Numbered from the stretch's first letter, positions 18,341 to 28,778 are shown. The stretch is DNA of 64,000 nt from an uncultured virus (IMG/VR IMGVR_UViG_3300026336_000015) (IMGVR_UViG_3300026336_000015), one strand, 5' to 3'. The notes: generated by a model not told the origin, from the sequence alone. Translations and numbers: made by a program.

Positions 18341-18854
18341 TTCCGCAGTGAAGAAACTGACGGAACAGCAGGGGGATATAACGAAGACGCCATACCTGAA
18401 AAAGGCTATCGTTGAGTACATGACGGAGGAATGTAAGAAAGACGAGGCTTTGTCTGCCCATGTATGCCAGGAGCAGAAAACGCTGGACAAATGCGTTGAC
18501 CACTTGCAGATGAAAGCACATGCTTTTTTGGCTGACGGTCAACAAGTGGGAGTTGCCTGCGTTCCTGGCGACATCGCGTACCGATGGATGAAGGAGTACT
18601 ACAATCTCGACGACGCGGCTATTGAAGCAGAAGCTGCGAGGAAAGCCGCTGAAGCCAAGGAACAGCAGGAAAAAGCGGTCGCCAAAGAAAAGGCGGCACA
18701 GGCGAAACGCCAAAAGGAAGAAGCTGCGAAAAAAGCTGCAGCAGCCGAAGAAAAGAAAAAGTCGGTGGCAGAGAAAAAGGCCGAAAAGAAAGCGGCCAAG
18801 GCAGAAGAGGAACGCAAAGAGGAAAGTGAAGCCGGTCAGTTGTCATTGTTTTAA
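18324..18854 (+). CDS. PcfK-like protein
   Basis: KTLDKC..., GQLSLF C-terminus; upstream of PcfJ. Confidence 0.6.
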   Translation: MSEVIDSAVKKLTEQQGDITKTPYLKKAIVEYMTEECKKDEALSAHVCQEQKTLDKCVDHLQMKAHAFLADGQQVGVACVPGDIAYRWMKEYYNLDDAAIEAEAARKAAEAKEQQEKAVAKEKAAQAKRQKEEAAKKAAAAEEKKKSVAEKKAEKKAAKAEEERKEESEAGQLSLF

Positions 18855-18864
18855 GGAGGTGCAG

Positions 18865-20805
18865 ATGATGGACAAACGGGAATTAAGGAAAATCCCGGCT
18901 CTGCGGGCTACGCCGCAGGACACAAGCCTTGCCAAACGCGTCAGTGGCGCAAAATACATTGCAAAGTCAGAGGTAAGAATTTGTGCGCATAAAAAAACAC
19001 TGCTTCTGTATCTTTTCCGCGCACCGGAACTGCGCATCGGAAAAGTAGAGGCAGCATTTCGTGTATGTTGTACACACGATGATTATATCACACAAGATAC
19101 GCAGAATACAACAGCATGTAAGTGGCTCACAGGGAAGTTGTACTCTATCACGTGGGAATATAACGACTATGGCAATCAGGATTGGATAACCTTTGCTGAT
19201 GATGAATCTGTGAATCTTGTTCACAAGTTTTTCCGCAAAGAGGGGGAACCGGCTCGTGTGGTTCAAAAATTTCAGGAAAGTATTGCACATGAACGACTGA
19301 TGTGCAGATACCGGAAACTGATGCATCAGATTGACGAAAGAATGAAGCTGGTGCCATCACTGCCGCACGATTTCCGTCACTGGGTGGAGGAATATGCGCT
19401 GTATGACAGCCGGTATTTGGTGTATCAGTACAGCCGCAAAAAGCAGATGGACGGATACTGCACACATTGTCACCACGATGTAAAGGTTATTAATCCGAAG
19501 CACAATCAAAAAGGGATCTGCCCGCACTGCGGAAGCCGTGTGATTTTCAAAGCTGCTGGCAAGTTTCACCATCAACTGGATAGAGAGCACGTTACGCTCA
19601 TTCAGCGTGCAGGGGATGGATTTGTTTTCAGATGCTTCACAGCATACAAACGCTATGACAACATCCGAAAGCCAGACATGGCCATTTATGAAGATATGCG
19701 CAGTTTTGCAGATAAGGACTTCCAAATCACGAGTGAAGATGCCTACAAGTGGGATTCCTTTAGACCAAACGTGAATATTGTACGTTGGAAAGACGACCCG
19801 GCAGCAGGCGTCTGGTACGAAGGAAAGGTTTATTGGAATAACCTGCAGGAGGTGCTGCACGGTACAAAATGCCAGTACAGTGCCTTGTGGACACTACTAG
19901 AGAAGCATCCACAAAAGCATTTTTATCCGCTGAATTTTCTCCAAGATTATGAGCCAGCGTATGAATACTTTATCAAATTGGGTATGTACAACCTGGTATT
20001 TGACTATACAGACAGTTGGACAACTGGGAGTCTGCCAGAGCATTACACAAATTTGGTAGAGGCATTGGATGTGCCAAAATCAATGATTCCAATGCTAAAA
20101 GAAATGGATCCAACGTGTGAAGAACTAATAATGTTTCGAGCAGCGGCAACTGCAGGGAAATGGACAACCCCTGAAGAGGTTCGCAGGATAGAGGGCACTA
20201 TTGGAGATTCTCGAATTTTTTCCGTAAAGGAAACAACCCCGTACAAAATCATGAAGTATATTGCGCAGCAAAAAGGCGGAAGCGCACGGTATGCGTTCAA
20301 CGAATGGATAGACTACATAGGCTTTTGTCGGAAACTCGGTTATGACCTGAAGAACAGTTTCGTGCTTTTTCCGAAAGACTTGGAAAAATCACATGATACG
20401 CTTATGAACCGCATAAAGGTCAAAAATTCGCGTGCAGCGGACAAGAAGATTCGTGCCATGTATAAGGAATACCAGAAGCGATTTGCATGGCAAAAAGGCA
20501 GTTATGTGATGGTTGTACCGCGGTGTGCCGCCGACATCATCAAGGAGGGGCAAGACCAGCACAACTGTGTGGGTGGATACGTTGAAAGTGTGTCGAGGAA
20601 AGAAACGGTCGTTCTTTTCCTGCGGGAAAAGGGAAAATCGAACAAGTCCTTTTACACGGTCGAATATTGTAATGGCAAGGTAAGGCAATGTCGCTCTTTT
20701 TCAAATGGACCAATGACGTCGGAAGTAGAGAATCTCATAAAGCAGTTCGAGCGGGATATGCGCTGCAGGACTGAAAAAGAGAAGATTGGAGTGGGTGCAG
20801 CATGA
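18865..20805 (+). CDS. PcfJ-like protein
   Basis: EGQDQHNCVGGY...VLFLR...FYTVE motif; CTHC/CPHC Zn finger. Confidence 0.8.
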   Translation: MMDKRELRKIPALRATPQDTSLAKRVSGAKYIAKSEVRICAHKKTLLLYLFRAPELRIGKVEAAFRVCCTHDDYITQDTQNTTACKWLTGKLYSITWEYNDYGNQDWITFADDESVNLVHKFFRKEGEPARVVQKFQESIAHERLMCRYRKLMHQIDERMKLVPSLPHDFRHWVEEYALYDSRYLVYQYSRKKQMDGYCTHCHHDVKVINPKHNQKGICPHCGSRVIFKAAGKFHHQLDREHVTLIQRAGDGFVFRCFTAYKRYDNIRKPDMAIYEDMRSFADKDFQITSEDAYKWDSFRPNVNIVRWKDDPAAGVWYEGKVYWNNLQEVLHGTKCQYSALWTLLEKHPQKHFYPLNFLQDYEPAYEYFIKLGMYNLVFDYTDSWTTGSLPEHYTNLVEALDVPKSMIPMLKEMDPTCEELIMFRAAATAGKWTTPEEVRRIEGTIGDSRIFSVKETTPYKIMKYIAQQKGGSARYAFNEWIDYIGFCRKLGYDLKNSFVLFPKDLEKSHDTLMNRIKVKNSRAADKKIRAMYKEYQKRFAWQKGSYVMVVPRCAADIIKEGQDQHNCVGGYVESVSRKETVVLFLREKGKSNKSFYTVEYCNGKVRQCRSFSNGPMTSEVENLIKQFERDMRCRTEKEKIGVGAA

Positions 20806-21746
20806 GCAAGACAAAGGTACCATGGGCGGATTACGTCTGGAATCCAGTAAGTGGTTGCTTGAACGGGTGCAAGAGATGTACAGCAAAAAAGCAGTTATTA
20901 AGATTTTCAGGAGATGTGCGGCTGCATTTGGCAGATGCCAAATTGTACAAGGACACTGAAATACGTGTTCTTGACGCACCATTCCCGGCCGATAAAGTTG
21001 GACATTATATAGACTTTCCATATGGCACGGTTCCGACTTTCCACAGGTACAGGATTAATTCGCTTAGCAAACTCAAGCGCGGAGAGAATGTGCTTGTTTG
21101 CAACATGGGAGATCTATTTGGGGATTGGATACCAGATGAAATTATCGAGGCTGTATTTGCAGCCTGCCAAAAGTATCCGCAGCACAACTACCTGTTCTTG
21201 ACGAAAAATCCCACAAGGTACGGCATACTCGCTGAAAAAGGTAAGCTGCCACAACTGTCGAATATGTGGTACGGAGTGCGCGTATTAGAACCAGAAGATT
21301 GCTATTTTCACTCTGAAAACTATAACACGTTTGTGCTCATATCCACTAAGGAGAATGTTGGCGAAATGTTCTCGTGCTCACCGCTGCCACTGCAAGACTG
21401 GGTGATTATTGACACCGGTGTAAACAGGGCTGATGAAATAGCACAGTACTGCAATACAAACGGGGTACCAGTGTACATGACCGGTACCGAAGTTAGGCAG
21501 ATGCCTGAGCAACTGACGAGCCACCCCCACGTTAAGCATCCGTTGTATGATGGCCGGTGCTCTTTCTGCAAAGAAGAAATGCCAAAGAAAGAAATGGTAT
21601 CGCTGCTGTACAGGGAGGGACGCGGTGCCTCAGCGTATGCGCTGGGTTTTGCCTGTCCGGAATGCTTTAGGGAGCTCAAAAAGAAGATGGATGCAGACGA
21701 ACCGGTAAAGGAGTATGAACATGAAAAACCTTGCAGACCTGAATGA
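20802..21746 (+). CDS. Phage Gp37/Gp68 (DUF5131) radical SAM-like protein
   Basis: WNPVSGCLNGCKRC, MGDLFG, LFLTKNP. Confidence 0.8.
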   Translation: MSKTKVPWADYVWNPVSGCLNGCKRCTAKKQLLRFSGDVRLHLADAKLYKDTEIRVLDAPFPADKVGHYIDFPYGTVPTFHRYRINSLSKLKRGENVLVCNMGDLFGDWIPDEIIEAVFAACQKYPQHNYLFLTKNPTRYGILAEKGKLPQLSNMWYGVRVLEPEDCYFHSENYNTFVLISTKENVGEMFSCSPLPLQDWVIIDTGVNRADEIAQYCNTNGVPVYMTGTEVRQMPEQLTSHPHVKHPLYDGRCSFCKEEMPKKEMVSLLYREGRGASAYALGFACPECFRELKKKMDADEPVKEYEHEKPCRPE

Positions 21747-21996
21747 CCTGCTTTTTAAAGAACTTGACGCATTGACAAGAGCAGATGCCAGTGATGAAGA
21801 TATGGAAAAAGAAGTTAAAAAGGCGAATGCAATAAACGGAATTGCAACTACTATCATCAACAACGGAAATTTAGTCTTGAAATCCGCAAAGATGTTGAAT
21901 GAATACGGCATTGAAACGCCGCCGGAATCGCTGCCGGGTGTGGCAGGACTGTTGAGCGATAGCATATCTGCTGATAAAAGAGGGAAATCCAGATGA
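21721..21996 (+). CDS. Hypothetical phage protein
   Basis: LADLNDLLFKELDAL motif, of the type often found upstream of HNH genes. Confidence 0.6.
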   Translation: MKNLADLNDLLFKELDALTRADASDEDMEKEVKKANAINGIATTIINNGNLVLKSAKMLNEYGIETPPESLPGVAGLLSDSISADKRGKSR

Positions 21997-22766
21997 AAAA
22001 ATATCCTGATGAAATCATCGAATATGTCAGGGCTCATGCTCAGGGAACCTCAGTTAAGCGGCTTGTAGAACAAATAAATGAAGAATTGGGCACTGATTTC
22101 ACATACAGCAAAATGAGGGCACTCATGAGCAACTACGGCATAAAGAATGGGAAAGCTGGAGTTCACGAGAGGAAAGGTACCTCAAATATTTTTCCTCCAG
22201 AAATTTGGAAGTTTATAACTGAAAATTATAGGGGATGTAGCTACCAAAAGATGATAGACATGGTCTATGAGCGCTTTGGAGTTATGTATAATTCCCAGCA
22301 GATTAATAGCTTTTACGGAAATCACCATCTTAACAGTGGCCTTACCGGGCAATTCGAAAAGGGACATATCCCTGCTAACAAGGGACGAAAAGGTTGCTGT
22401 GCTCCGGGAAGTGAAAAGGGATGGTTTCAAAAAGGGAATGTTCCGAAAACGCAGCTTCCTGTGGGTAGTGAAGTGATCGACAATGATGGATATAGACTAG
22501 TAAAAATTGAAGAGCCAAACGTATGGAAGCCGAAACACCACATTGTTTGGGAAGAAGCCTATGGAAAGATACCCAAAGACCAAATCGTAATATTTTTGGA
22601 TGGAGATAAGCAGAACTGTGCGCTCGAAAATCTCCAGTGCGTTACTAGAGCAGCACATGCTGTAATGAACCATTTTGGGTTAAGAAGCAAAAATTCTGAA
22701 CTTACGGAAGCAGGAATCTTAGTAGCTGGAATAAAGCTCGCAATATCCTCGAAAGGAAGGAAATAA
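21993..22766 (+). CDS. HNH endonuclease family protein
   Basis: FEKGHIPANKG; HHIVWE...IFLDGDKQNCALENL. Confidence 0.8.
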   Translation: MKKYPDEIIEYVRAHAQGTSVKRLVEQINEELGTDFTYSKMRALMSNYGIKNGKAGVHERKGTSNIFPPEIWKFITENYRGCSYQKMIDMVYERFGVMYNSQQINSFYGNHHLNSGLTGQFEKGHIPANKGRKGCCAPGSEKGWFQKGNVPKTQLPVGSEVIDNDGYRLVKIEEPNVWKPKHHIVWEEAYGKIPKDQIVIFLDGDKQNCALENLQCVTRAAHAVMNHFGLRSKNSELTEAGILVAGIKLAISSKGRK

Positions 22767-22770
22767 GCGA

Positions 22771-23079
22771 ATGAGTAGAAGAAAGTGCCGGCTTTCACCG
22801 GAAGAACTGAATATCCACGAACAAGCCGTGAAGCTGCGCAGAATGACCGACAGTCAGCTGGTCGAATATGTTTCGGCCGAAAAAGCAGCAGCCTATGATG
22901 ATGGCGAATTTGCCGGTAAAAAGGACGTTTTAAAGCACCAGCGTCCATCCAATCAGACTATTGGCGAGAAAAACGTCAAAACATTTCTTGAGGAAATCAA
23001 GTTTGTCAGTGGAATTGGCGCGGTAACCGTGAAAAAGCTTTACCACCTTGCAAAGGAGGGCGGATACCTTGGGGTATAA
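22771..23079 (+). CDS. Hypothetical protein with HhH-like C-terminus
   Basis: VSGIGAVTVKKL. Confidence 0.55.
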   Translation: MSRRKCRLSPEELNIHEQAVKLRRMTDSQLVEYVSAEKAAAYDDGEFAGKKDVLKHQRPSNQTIGEKNVKTFLEEIKFVSGIGAVTVKKLYHLAKEGGYLGV

Positions 23080-23644
23080 AGGATGGGAAAATTTCAAGCC
23101 GGGACAAAATAGTGCTGCTCACCTGCATCACCAGCAGCAGGGACGCCGCAGTCGAGAGCTTGGGCAGGCTTTTGAGGACCGCATCAACATGGTGTGTGAT
23201 TATTATCGCACCCACGGGATGGCCTACATAGAGAAAACACCGGAGCCGTTTAAGGTGACTGACCGGCAGTACGACAAACACGGAAAGTTTATCGGATTTA
23301 CCGGCCACTTTGAGAAGCAGGCACAGCCAGACTATAAAGGCACACTCCGTAATGGCCGGGCAGTGTGCTTTGAAGCCAAAGCTACGGAGGCCGGAAGAAT
23401 CAAGCAGGATGCTGTAACCGAGTGGCAGGCTGATGCGCTTGACATGCACCAGCAGTTCGGCGCAGAGGTGTTCGTTATGGTTTCGCTGAATCTGCGCAGC
23501 TTCTACCGGGTGCCATGGACAACGTGGAAGCTCATGAAGCATATTTATGGACACAAATTCATGACCGCTGAGGAACTGGAAAAGTACCGCATTACCGACC
23601 GTGGAACCGGAATGGTTCACTTTTTAGAGGAACACAATGGATGA
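23069..23644 (+). CDS. recU: Holliday junction resolvase RecU-like
   Basis: GQAFEDRI, KTPEP, PDYKG..FEAK. Confidence 0.85.
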   Translation: MGYKGWENFKPGQNSAAHLHHQQQGRRSRELGQAFEDRINMVCDYYRTHGMAYIEKTPEPFKVTDRQYDKHGKFIGFTGHFEKQAQPDYKGTLRNGRAVCFEAKATEAGRIKQDAVTEWQADALDMHQQFGAEVFVMVSLNLRSFYRVPWTTWKLMKHIYGHKFMTAEELEKYRITDRGTGMVHFLEEHNG

Positions 23645-23867
23645 TGTCAAAAGTTATGAAGACTTGATTTCAGAATTTTTTGAGGGATATGTGAAGTCAC
23701 CACGCAGCGGCTACACAGAGGAAGGTAACTTTACTGATGAAGTTATAAAAGCGTCTGCAAAGATGCTGTTGGACGAGAAAGTGTTTGAATCTAAGCAGGA
23801 AATGAAAGAAGAAGCACTGAAAGGCTATGGGATTATTCTGCCAGCAGAAATTTTTAAGGAGGATTAA
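23637..23867 (+). CDS. Hypothetical protein
   Basis: Coupled ORF with RBS. Confidence 0.5.
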   Translation: MDDVKSYEDLISEFFEGYVKSPRSGYTEEGNFTDEVIKASAKMLLDEKVFESKQEMKEEALKGYGIILPAEIFKED

Positions 23868-23869
23868 CA

Positions 23870-24586
23870 ATGAATTTAGATATTCAGGCAATTGCTGATA
23901 GCAAGATTAAAGAGATGCAGGACAGCGGTGAAATTAAAAAGCGTATCGAAGAGGATGTTGAAAAAACAGTTCTGCGCGCCATCGATGATTCACTTAACGG
24001 GTATAAGCTCAGAGACCAGATTGAAAACCAGATTACTCATGATGTTTCCAATGTGCTCAAAAGCGTTGATTTTACCACTTACAATGGTTTTATTGCGGAG
24101 CAGGTAAAGTCTTTGACTGAGGGCGTCATGCGGGACGATGTGGCGCAGAAAATTCAGAAGACTTTCAACGACATTCTGATTCAGGAGCATGATGGAATCA
24201 AGCTGTCGGAGATTTTTGACGAGTACCGGGAATGGGTTAATGAGAACACAGAAGAATCAGACAAGTACGACCGGCAAAATTTTGTCTGCAAGTTGGATGA
24301 AAAGGAGGATGGTGCGTTTACTCACTATACCGTAATTTTTAACGACGAGGAAATGGAAGATTGGGAGCATTCAGAAATCAAATTTTCTTTGTGCAGATAT
24401 AGGGACGCGCCTGCGGCATCGATTGGGAGCCTGTGGCTTGACGGCGAATGGACGAAGTCAATGTTTAAGCTTGGGCGGTTAAGCAAAGTACAGGCGCTTA
24501 TCGCTAATCTGTACTACAATGACACCAAAATCATCTTGGACATTGACGATGTAGACGACTCTGACGAATTTGACATTGACGATTAA
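23870..24586 (+). CDS. Hypothetical acidic protein
   Basis: RBS AAGGAGG; 238 aa. Confidence 0.6.
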   Translation: MNLDIQAIADSKIKEMQDSGEIKKRIEEDVEKTVLRAIDDSLNGYKLRDQIENQITHDVSNVLKSVDFTTYNGFIAEQVKSLTEGVMRDDVAQKIQKTFNDILIQEHDGIKLSEIFDEYREWVNENTEESDKYDRQNFVCKLDEKEDGAFTHYTVIFNDEEMEDWEHSEIKFSLCRYRDAPAASIGSLWLDGEWTKSMFKLGRLSKVQALIANLYYNDTKIILDIDDVDDSDEFDIDD

Positions 24587-24598
24587 GGAGGGCGAAAA

Positions 24599-25720
24599 AT
24601 GAAAATCACATGCAAGAGAACAGACCTTGCCAGCGCAATTTCATCGGTGCAGCGGGCGGTTTCCACAAAATCCACAATCCCTGCACTGCAGGGGATTCTC
24701 CTGACCGCGGGGAGCGATAACCTTGAACTGGTCGGGTATGACTGCGATATGGGCATTCGGACAACCATTCATGCACAGGTGGAACAACCCGGGGCGGCCT
24801 GCCTTGCGGCAAAGCTGCTTGGAGAAATCGTCAGGAAGCTGGATGGTGACGAGGTACATATTGATGTGGATGCAAAGCATATGGCCACTGTCAAATGCGG
24901 GCGCAGCAAGTTCAGCTTGGTGGGGGTTGACCCAAAAGAATATCCTGACATCCCGAAAGTCGAGGAAAAGTCGTCAATCAGCATAGAAAATCAGACGCTT
25001 AAAAACATGATTCGGCAGACGGTGTTTGCCGTTGCGGATGATAATGCGAAGCCAATCCATACAGGCGCACTGTTCGAAGTCAACGGTACCACAATGCGAA
25101 TGGTAGGCTGTGACGGTTACCGGCTCGCTATCCGCGAAGAGAATATCGGCGGAGAGCATTCAGAAACAACTTTTGTAGTGCCGAAAAAGTCGCTCCAGGA
25201 GATTTTAAAGCTCCTGCCGGACGATAACAAGCAGTGCAAAATGTCCATTGATTCAAGGCGCATTACCTTTTCGGTGGGTAGCTACACCGTCTTTTCAATG
25301 CTGCTGGAGGGTGAATTTCTGGATTACCGCGCCGCGGTGCCTAAGCAGTCGTCTACTGAAATCGTGGTTAAGACAGCGGATTTGATTGCGAGTGTTGAGC
25401 GCGTTTCACTGATGATTACCGACCGGCTGAAAAGTCCTATTCGGTGTCAGTTTGGTGACGATGGCAGCATCGATTTGTCCAGTTATACACCGATTGGACA
25501 CGCAGCAGACCAGCTGCCGGCAGAAATCCAGGGAGAGACCGTGGAGATTGGCTTTAATAACCGGTATCTGTTGGATGCTCTGCAGAACAGCGAAACTGAT
25601 ATTGTGCGGCTGGCACTCAAAGGCAGCCTTTATCCAATGACGATTAGACCGAAAGACGGCAACAGCTTCCTGTTTATCGTGCTGCCGGTGCGGTTGAAGC
25701 CGCAGGAGGCACAGAAATGA
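24599..25720 (+). CDS. dnaN: DNA polymerase III beta sliding clamp
   Basis: Full-length 373 aa; STIPALQGIL, DGYRLA, LLEGEFLDY, IGFNNRYLLDAL, VLPVR. Confidence 0.92.
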   Translation: MKITCKRTDLASAISSVQRAVSTKSTIPALQGILLTAGSDNLELVGYDCDMGIRTTIHAQVEQPGAACLAAKLLGEIVRKLDGDEVHIDVDAKHMATVKCGRSKFSLVGVDPKEYPDIPKVEEKSSISIENQTLKNMIRQTVFAVADDNAKPIHTGALFEVNGTTMRMVGCDGYRLAIREENIGGEHSETTFVVPKKSLQEILKLLPDDNKQCKMSIDSRRITFSVGSYTVFSMLLEGEFLDYRAAVPKQSSTEIVVKTADLIASVERVSLMITDRLKSPIRCQFGDDGSIDLSSYTPIGHAADQLPAEIQGETVEIGFNNRYLLDALQNSETDIVRLALKGSLYPMTIRPKDGNSFLFIVLPVRLKPQEAQK

Positions 25721-25932
25721 GCAAAACTGAAGAATTTTTCAAGGAAAAATATTTTCAGGACATGGCCACATTCGACGAAGCTGCCTTTCATGCATTGGAT
25801 GGCGTAAAATGTGGCACGGAAGTAGAATTTAAGTGTCCACTTTGCGGCGGAAAAGCCCATGCTGGAACCAGCGCCTATAATGGGCACGCACATGCAAAGT
25901 GTGAATCCTGTGGCTTTGCATTTATTCAGTGA
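25717..25932 (+). CDS. Small Zn-ribbon protein
   Basis: CPLCGG...CESCG. Confidence 0.55.
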   Translation: MSKTEEFFKEKYFQDMATFDEAAFHALDGVKCGTEVEFKCPLCGGKAHAGTSAYNGHAHAKCESCGFAFIQ

Positions 25933-25944
25933 GGAGGCGCAGTA

Positions 25945-26406
25945 ATGCTTAATGTAGTAGTCCTGATGGGTCGCTTAGTGGCCGACCCGGAGCTGCGCCA
26001 CACTCCGAACGATGTAGCCGTTACCAGTTTCCGCATTGGCGTTGACCGTACATATAGCAAAGGTCAGGAAAAACAGGCGGATTTCATCGACATTACTGCG
26101 TGGCGGCAGACTGCCGAGTTTGTGTGCAGGTACTTCACGAAAGGGTCTATGATTGCCGTAAAAGGTTCACTGCGGGTGGACAATTACACCGACAGGGACG
26201 GCAACAAACGCACTCGGTATGATGTGCAGGCCGAAGATGTGAGCTTCTGCGGCGGGAAGAAAGACAGCGCAGCCACTGGGGAAACCCGCCCGGCTCCATC
26301 CTACGGCTCGGCCACTTCAACCGCTGCACCAGCAGCACCAGCCTATTCGAGTGGAGCCGATAGCGATTTTCAGGCACTTCCAGACGATGATGATTTACCA
26401 TTTTAG
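25945..26406 (+). CDS. ssb: Single-stranded DNA-binding protein
   Basis: LNVVVLMGRLVADPELR; DDDLPF tail. Confidence 0.95.
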   Translation: MLNVVVLMGRLVADPELRHTPNDVAVTSFRIGVDRTYSKGQEKQADFIDITAWRQTAEFVCRYFTKGSMIAVKGSLRVDNYTDRDGNKRTRYDVQAEDVSFCGGKKDSAATGETRPAPSYGSATSTAAPAAPAYSSGADSDFQALPDDDDLPF

Positions 26407-26416
26407 GAAGGAAAAC

Positions 26417-26668
26417 ATGGAAAACGGAAAAGACATTGAAAAGATTGTACTGCATTACACTGACGGCTCTATCCAGACGGTCAACAAAGGCTTTATTTGT
26501 GACCTGATTCCCAGTGATGATGACGAAACTTACGAAATCACGTTCCGCATGGTGCACATTTCCGGAGACGACCTAAGCAATATGATTGAGTGCGTTGTAG
26601 AATTGGGATTGAAGTTGGGGATGTTTGGAGGGAAGTCAAGTGGAAACGGAACTGACGAAAGCGATTAA
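26417..26668 (+). CDS. Hypothetical protein
   Basis: RBS plus ORF. Confidence 0.5.
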   Translation: MENGKDIEKIVLHYTDGSIQTVNKGFICDLIPSDDDETYEITFRMVHISGDDLSNMIECVVELGLKLGMFGGKSSGNGTDESD

Positions 26669-27215
26669 AACTGCGCTCTGGAAATATACAAATAAAATGG
26701 GAACGTTCGGCTGCGAAGAAGTTACCATAGGATGGTATGGTAACGAACGCGTGGACTATATGACCTATGATACAAAGGAAACTTTCAAATGTTATGAAAT
26801 TAAAATATCCAAATCTGACTTCCATTCCCCCAATCACAATTCCTTTGTGGGACACTTGAACTATTACGTACTTACTCAAGAGCTTTACTCAAAGGTGTCT
26901 GATGAAATCCCCAATGGCGTTGGTGTGATTGTATATAATGGAGTTGATTTATCCTTTCGTAAACGTCCAAAGCGCAGGGAACCAACTGTAGATGTTCAAA
27001 AGCTCAAAGATTATTTCATTCGTTCTTTACATCGTGAAGCTGACAATTATCGAAAAATTGTCGATGGCGACGCATTGCATAGAAGGGACAGAGAAATAAG
27101 CCGACTGAATAAAGCAAATCGAAATCTCAGACAGAGGAATAGTGACCTTTCTAATGAGCTTTATTATATTAAACATCCTGAGCGAAAAATCGAAGAACGG
27201 GATTTGGAGGGATAA
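26640..27215 (+). CDS. MmcB-like PD-(D/E)xK nuclease-fold protein
   Basis: ERVDY...CYEIKISKSDF. Confidence 0.6.
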   Translation: METELTKAIKTALWKYTNKMGTFGCEEVTIGWYGNERVDYMTYDTKETFKCYEIKISKSDFHSPNHNSFVGHLNYYVLTQELYSKVSDEIPNGVGVIVYNGVDLSFRKRPKRREPTVDVQKLKDYFIRSLHREADNYRKIVDGDALHRRDREISRLNKANRNLRQRNSDLSNELYYIKHPERKIEERDLEG

Positions 27216-27220
27216 AAATC

Positions 27221-27490
27221 ATGTCTGATGTGCTTGTTGACCTTGAGGATGTGTACTTGTTCGCACTTCAGCAGAGCGATATGGAGATTAATGGTGTTGA
27301 CTACGTGCAGCCTGAGGTAATCCGTGATTATGATGGACCGAAGAAAGAGAAGCCGGATGGTGGCTGGAGCAGTGCCAATGGTCAATGGCCGTACTGCACT
27401 GCCTGTGGGGGCAAGGCAATCGAAGGGAAGAACGGGAAACCGGTAAAAACAAAGTTCTGCCCACACTGTGGCACAAATTTGGGAGAGTGA
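27221..27490 (+). CDS. Zn-finger hypothetical protein
   Basis: CTACG...FCPHCG. Confidence 0.55.
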   Translation: MSDVLVDLEDVYLFALQQSDMEINGVDYVQPEVIRDYDGPKKEKPDGGWSSANGQWPYCTACGGKAIEGKNGKPVKTKFCPHCGTNLGE

Positions 27491-27717
27491 TAGAATGTTT
27501 TATTGGTTTAGAGCAATGTTTGGTTACCATCGCGACAGGTTAACGCCAAACCCACCTTGCATTTGTTCTAAATGCAAGTATTTTCACACTTGCAAACCTT
27601 GTGGTAGTCCCGAGTCAATCCAGTATAAAGTTTGTATGAAAAGTGATTCTGCTGTGCTGGGGTGCCATGGTAAGGACTTTTGCCGAAAAGGTGTATCAGC
27701 AGAAAGTGAGGAAAGTC

Positions 27718-28014
27718 ATGAGTAAAGAATTGAAGCCTTGCCAGTTAAGTCCAGAACGTGCTATTGAAATTTTATGGGGCGAGGCAGCGCGAAACCAACA
27801 GCCATTGCACTGCACCCGCAAAGAATTATGTGATGCTGTAGAAATGGCAGAAGAATCTATTACCCATGCCAAGCAGCCGAATGAACCGCTGACATGCGAC
27901 GGGTGCGCATGCAAAACAAATTATGGCAAATGTGCCGCTTGCGATTACTGCATACGGCACGAAGGATACAAAGACCGCTATTATCACCCACCGGAAGCAG
28001 GTGGTACTCAGTGA
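27718..28014 (+). CDS. Hypothetical Cys-containing protein
   Basis: Shares short segments with the Lar-like gene at 9714. Confidence 0.5.
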   Translation: MSKELKPCQLSPERAIEILWGEAARNQQPLHCTRKELCDAVEMAEESITHAKQPNEPLTCDGCACKTNYGKCAACDYCIRHEGYKDRYYHPPEAGGTQ

Positions 28015-28256
28015 AAGCACATTATCCGACTGTGCGGCAAAATCACGAAAACAATTCTATGCGTCGGTGGTTCAAACTCATGTGCGCTGCACTGAACCGT
28101 CGTTATGGCTTTGGTCATGACAGACTCATGGAGCTGATTGACGAAATCAACCAGCTTTCAGAGGACTCAGAGAAAGATGAAATCTTTTGGACACATATGG
28201 ACAGGCTCATGGAGTCAATCGGCATGGATTTCGACAAAGAGCGTGAAAAGGTGTAA
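28011..28256 (+). CDS. Hypothetical protein
   Basis: GTG start; YGFGHDRL motif common in clostridial phages. Confidence 0.5.
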   Translation: MKAHYPTVRQNHENNSMRRWFKLMCAALNRRYGFGHDRLMELIDEINQLSEDSEKDEIFWTHMDRLMESIGMDFDKEREKV

Positions 28257-28283
28257 CAATGAGTAGCGGAGGGATGAATAACA

Positions 28284-28778
28284 ATGGAGCCTAAGACACC
28301 AAACCAGATTAAAAGACTGCTGGAGGAGTATTACGACCTTCCGCAAAAAATTCAAGAAGAAGAAACTCTTTTACTGCTCTTGGAAGATGGTACCGACGAC
28401 GTTTGTCCATCGTCCCCCAATTTGTCAGGAATGCCAAGTGGGAAAGGAACTACTGGAGACCCGACAGCAAATGCCGTAATAAAGTGTTTTGACGAAGCTG
28501 AAGCATGCAGAAAGCGCATTGCTGAATATAAGCAGCAGTTTAGTTGGTGCCGTGTTGCGTTGAATACTCTCGGACGTGCAGAGCGAAAGGTTCTTGAACT
28601 CAGGTATATGGGGCCGAAAGACTCGAAAGCAAGAGCCAAGTGGGTAAGAAATCCTACATGGGAGTGGGTGGCGGCAGAATCAAGTTACAGTACATCCGAA
28701 GTACGTTATATAGCAAGAAACTGCATTCAATATCTGTCTGATCTGTCAACGCAAGAGGTATTAAACTGGTGTGGCTGA
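28284..28778 (+). CDS. ArpU/RinA-like late transcriptional activator
   Basis: SGMPSGKG..GDPT, ERKVLELRY, WEWVA; at the end of the early region. Confidence 0.7.
   Translation: MEPKTPNQIKRLLEEYYDLPQKIQEEETLLLLLEDGTDDVCPSSPNLSGMPSGKGTTGDPTANAVIKCFDEAEACRKRIAEYKQQFSWCRVALNTLGRAERKVLELRYMGPKDSKARAKWVRNPTWEWVAAESSYSTSEVRYIARNCIQYLSDLSTQEVLNWCG

Noticed and set aside
18324..18854. Anti-CRISPR (AcrIIA9-like) call for the PcfK-like gene
   Set aside because: The pcfK-pcfJ context explains it; no sequence-level evidence of Acr activity
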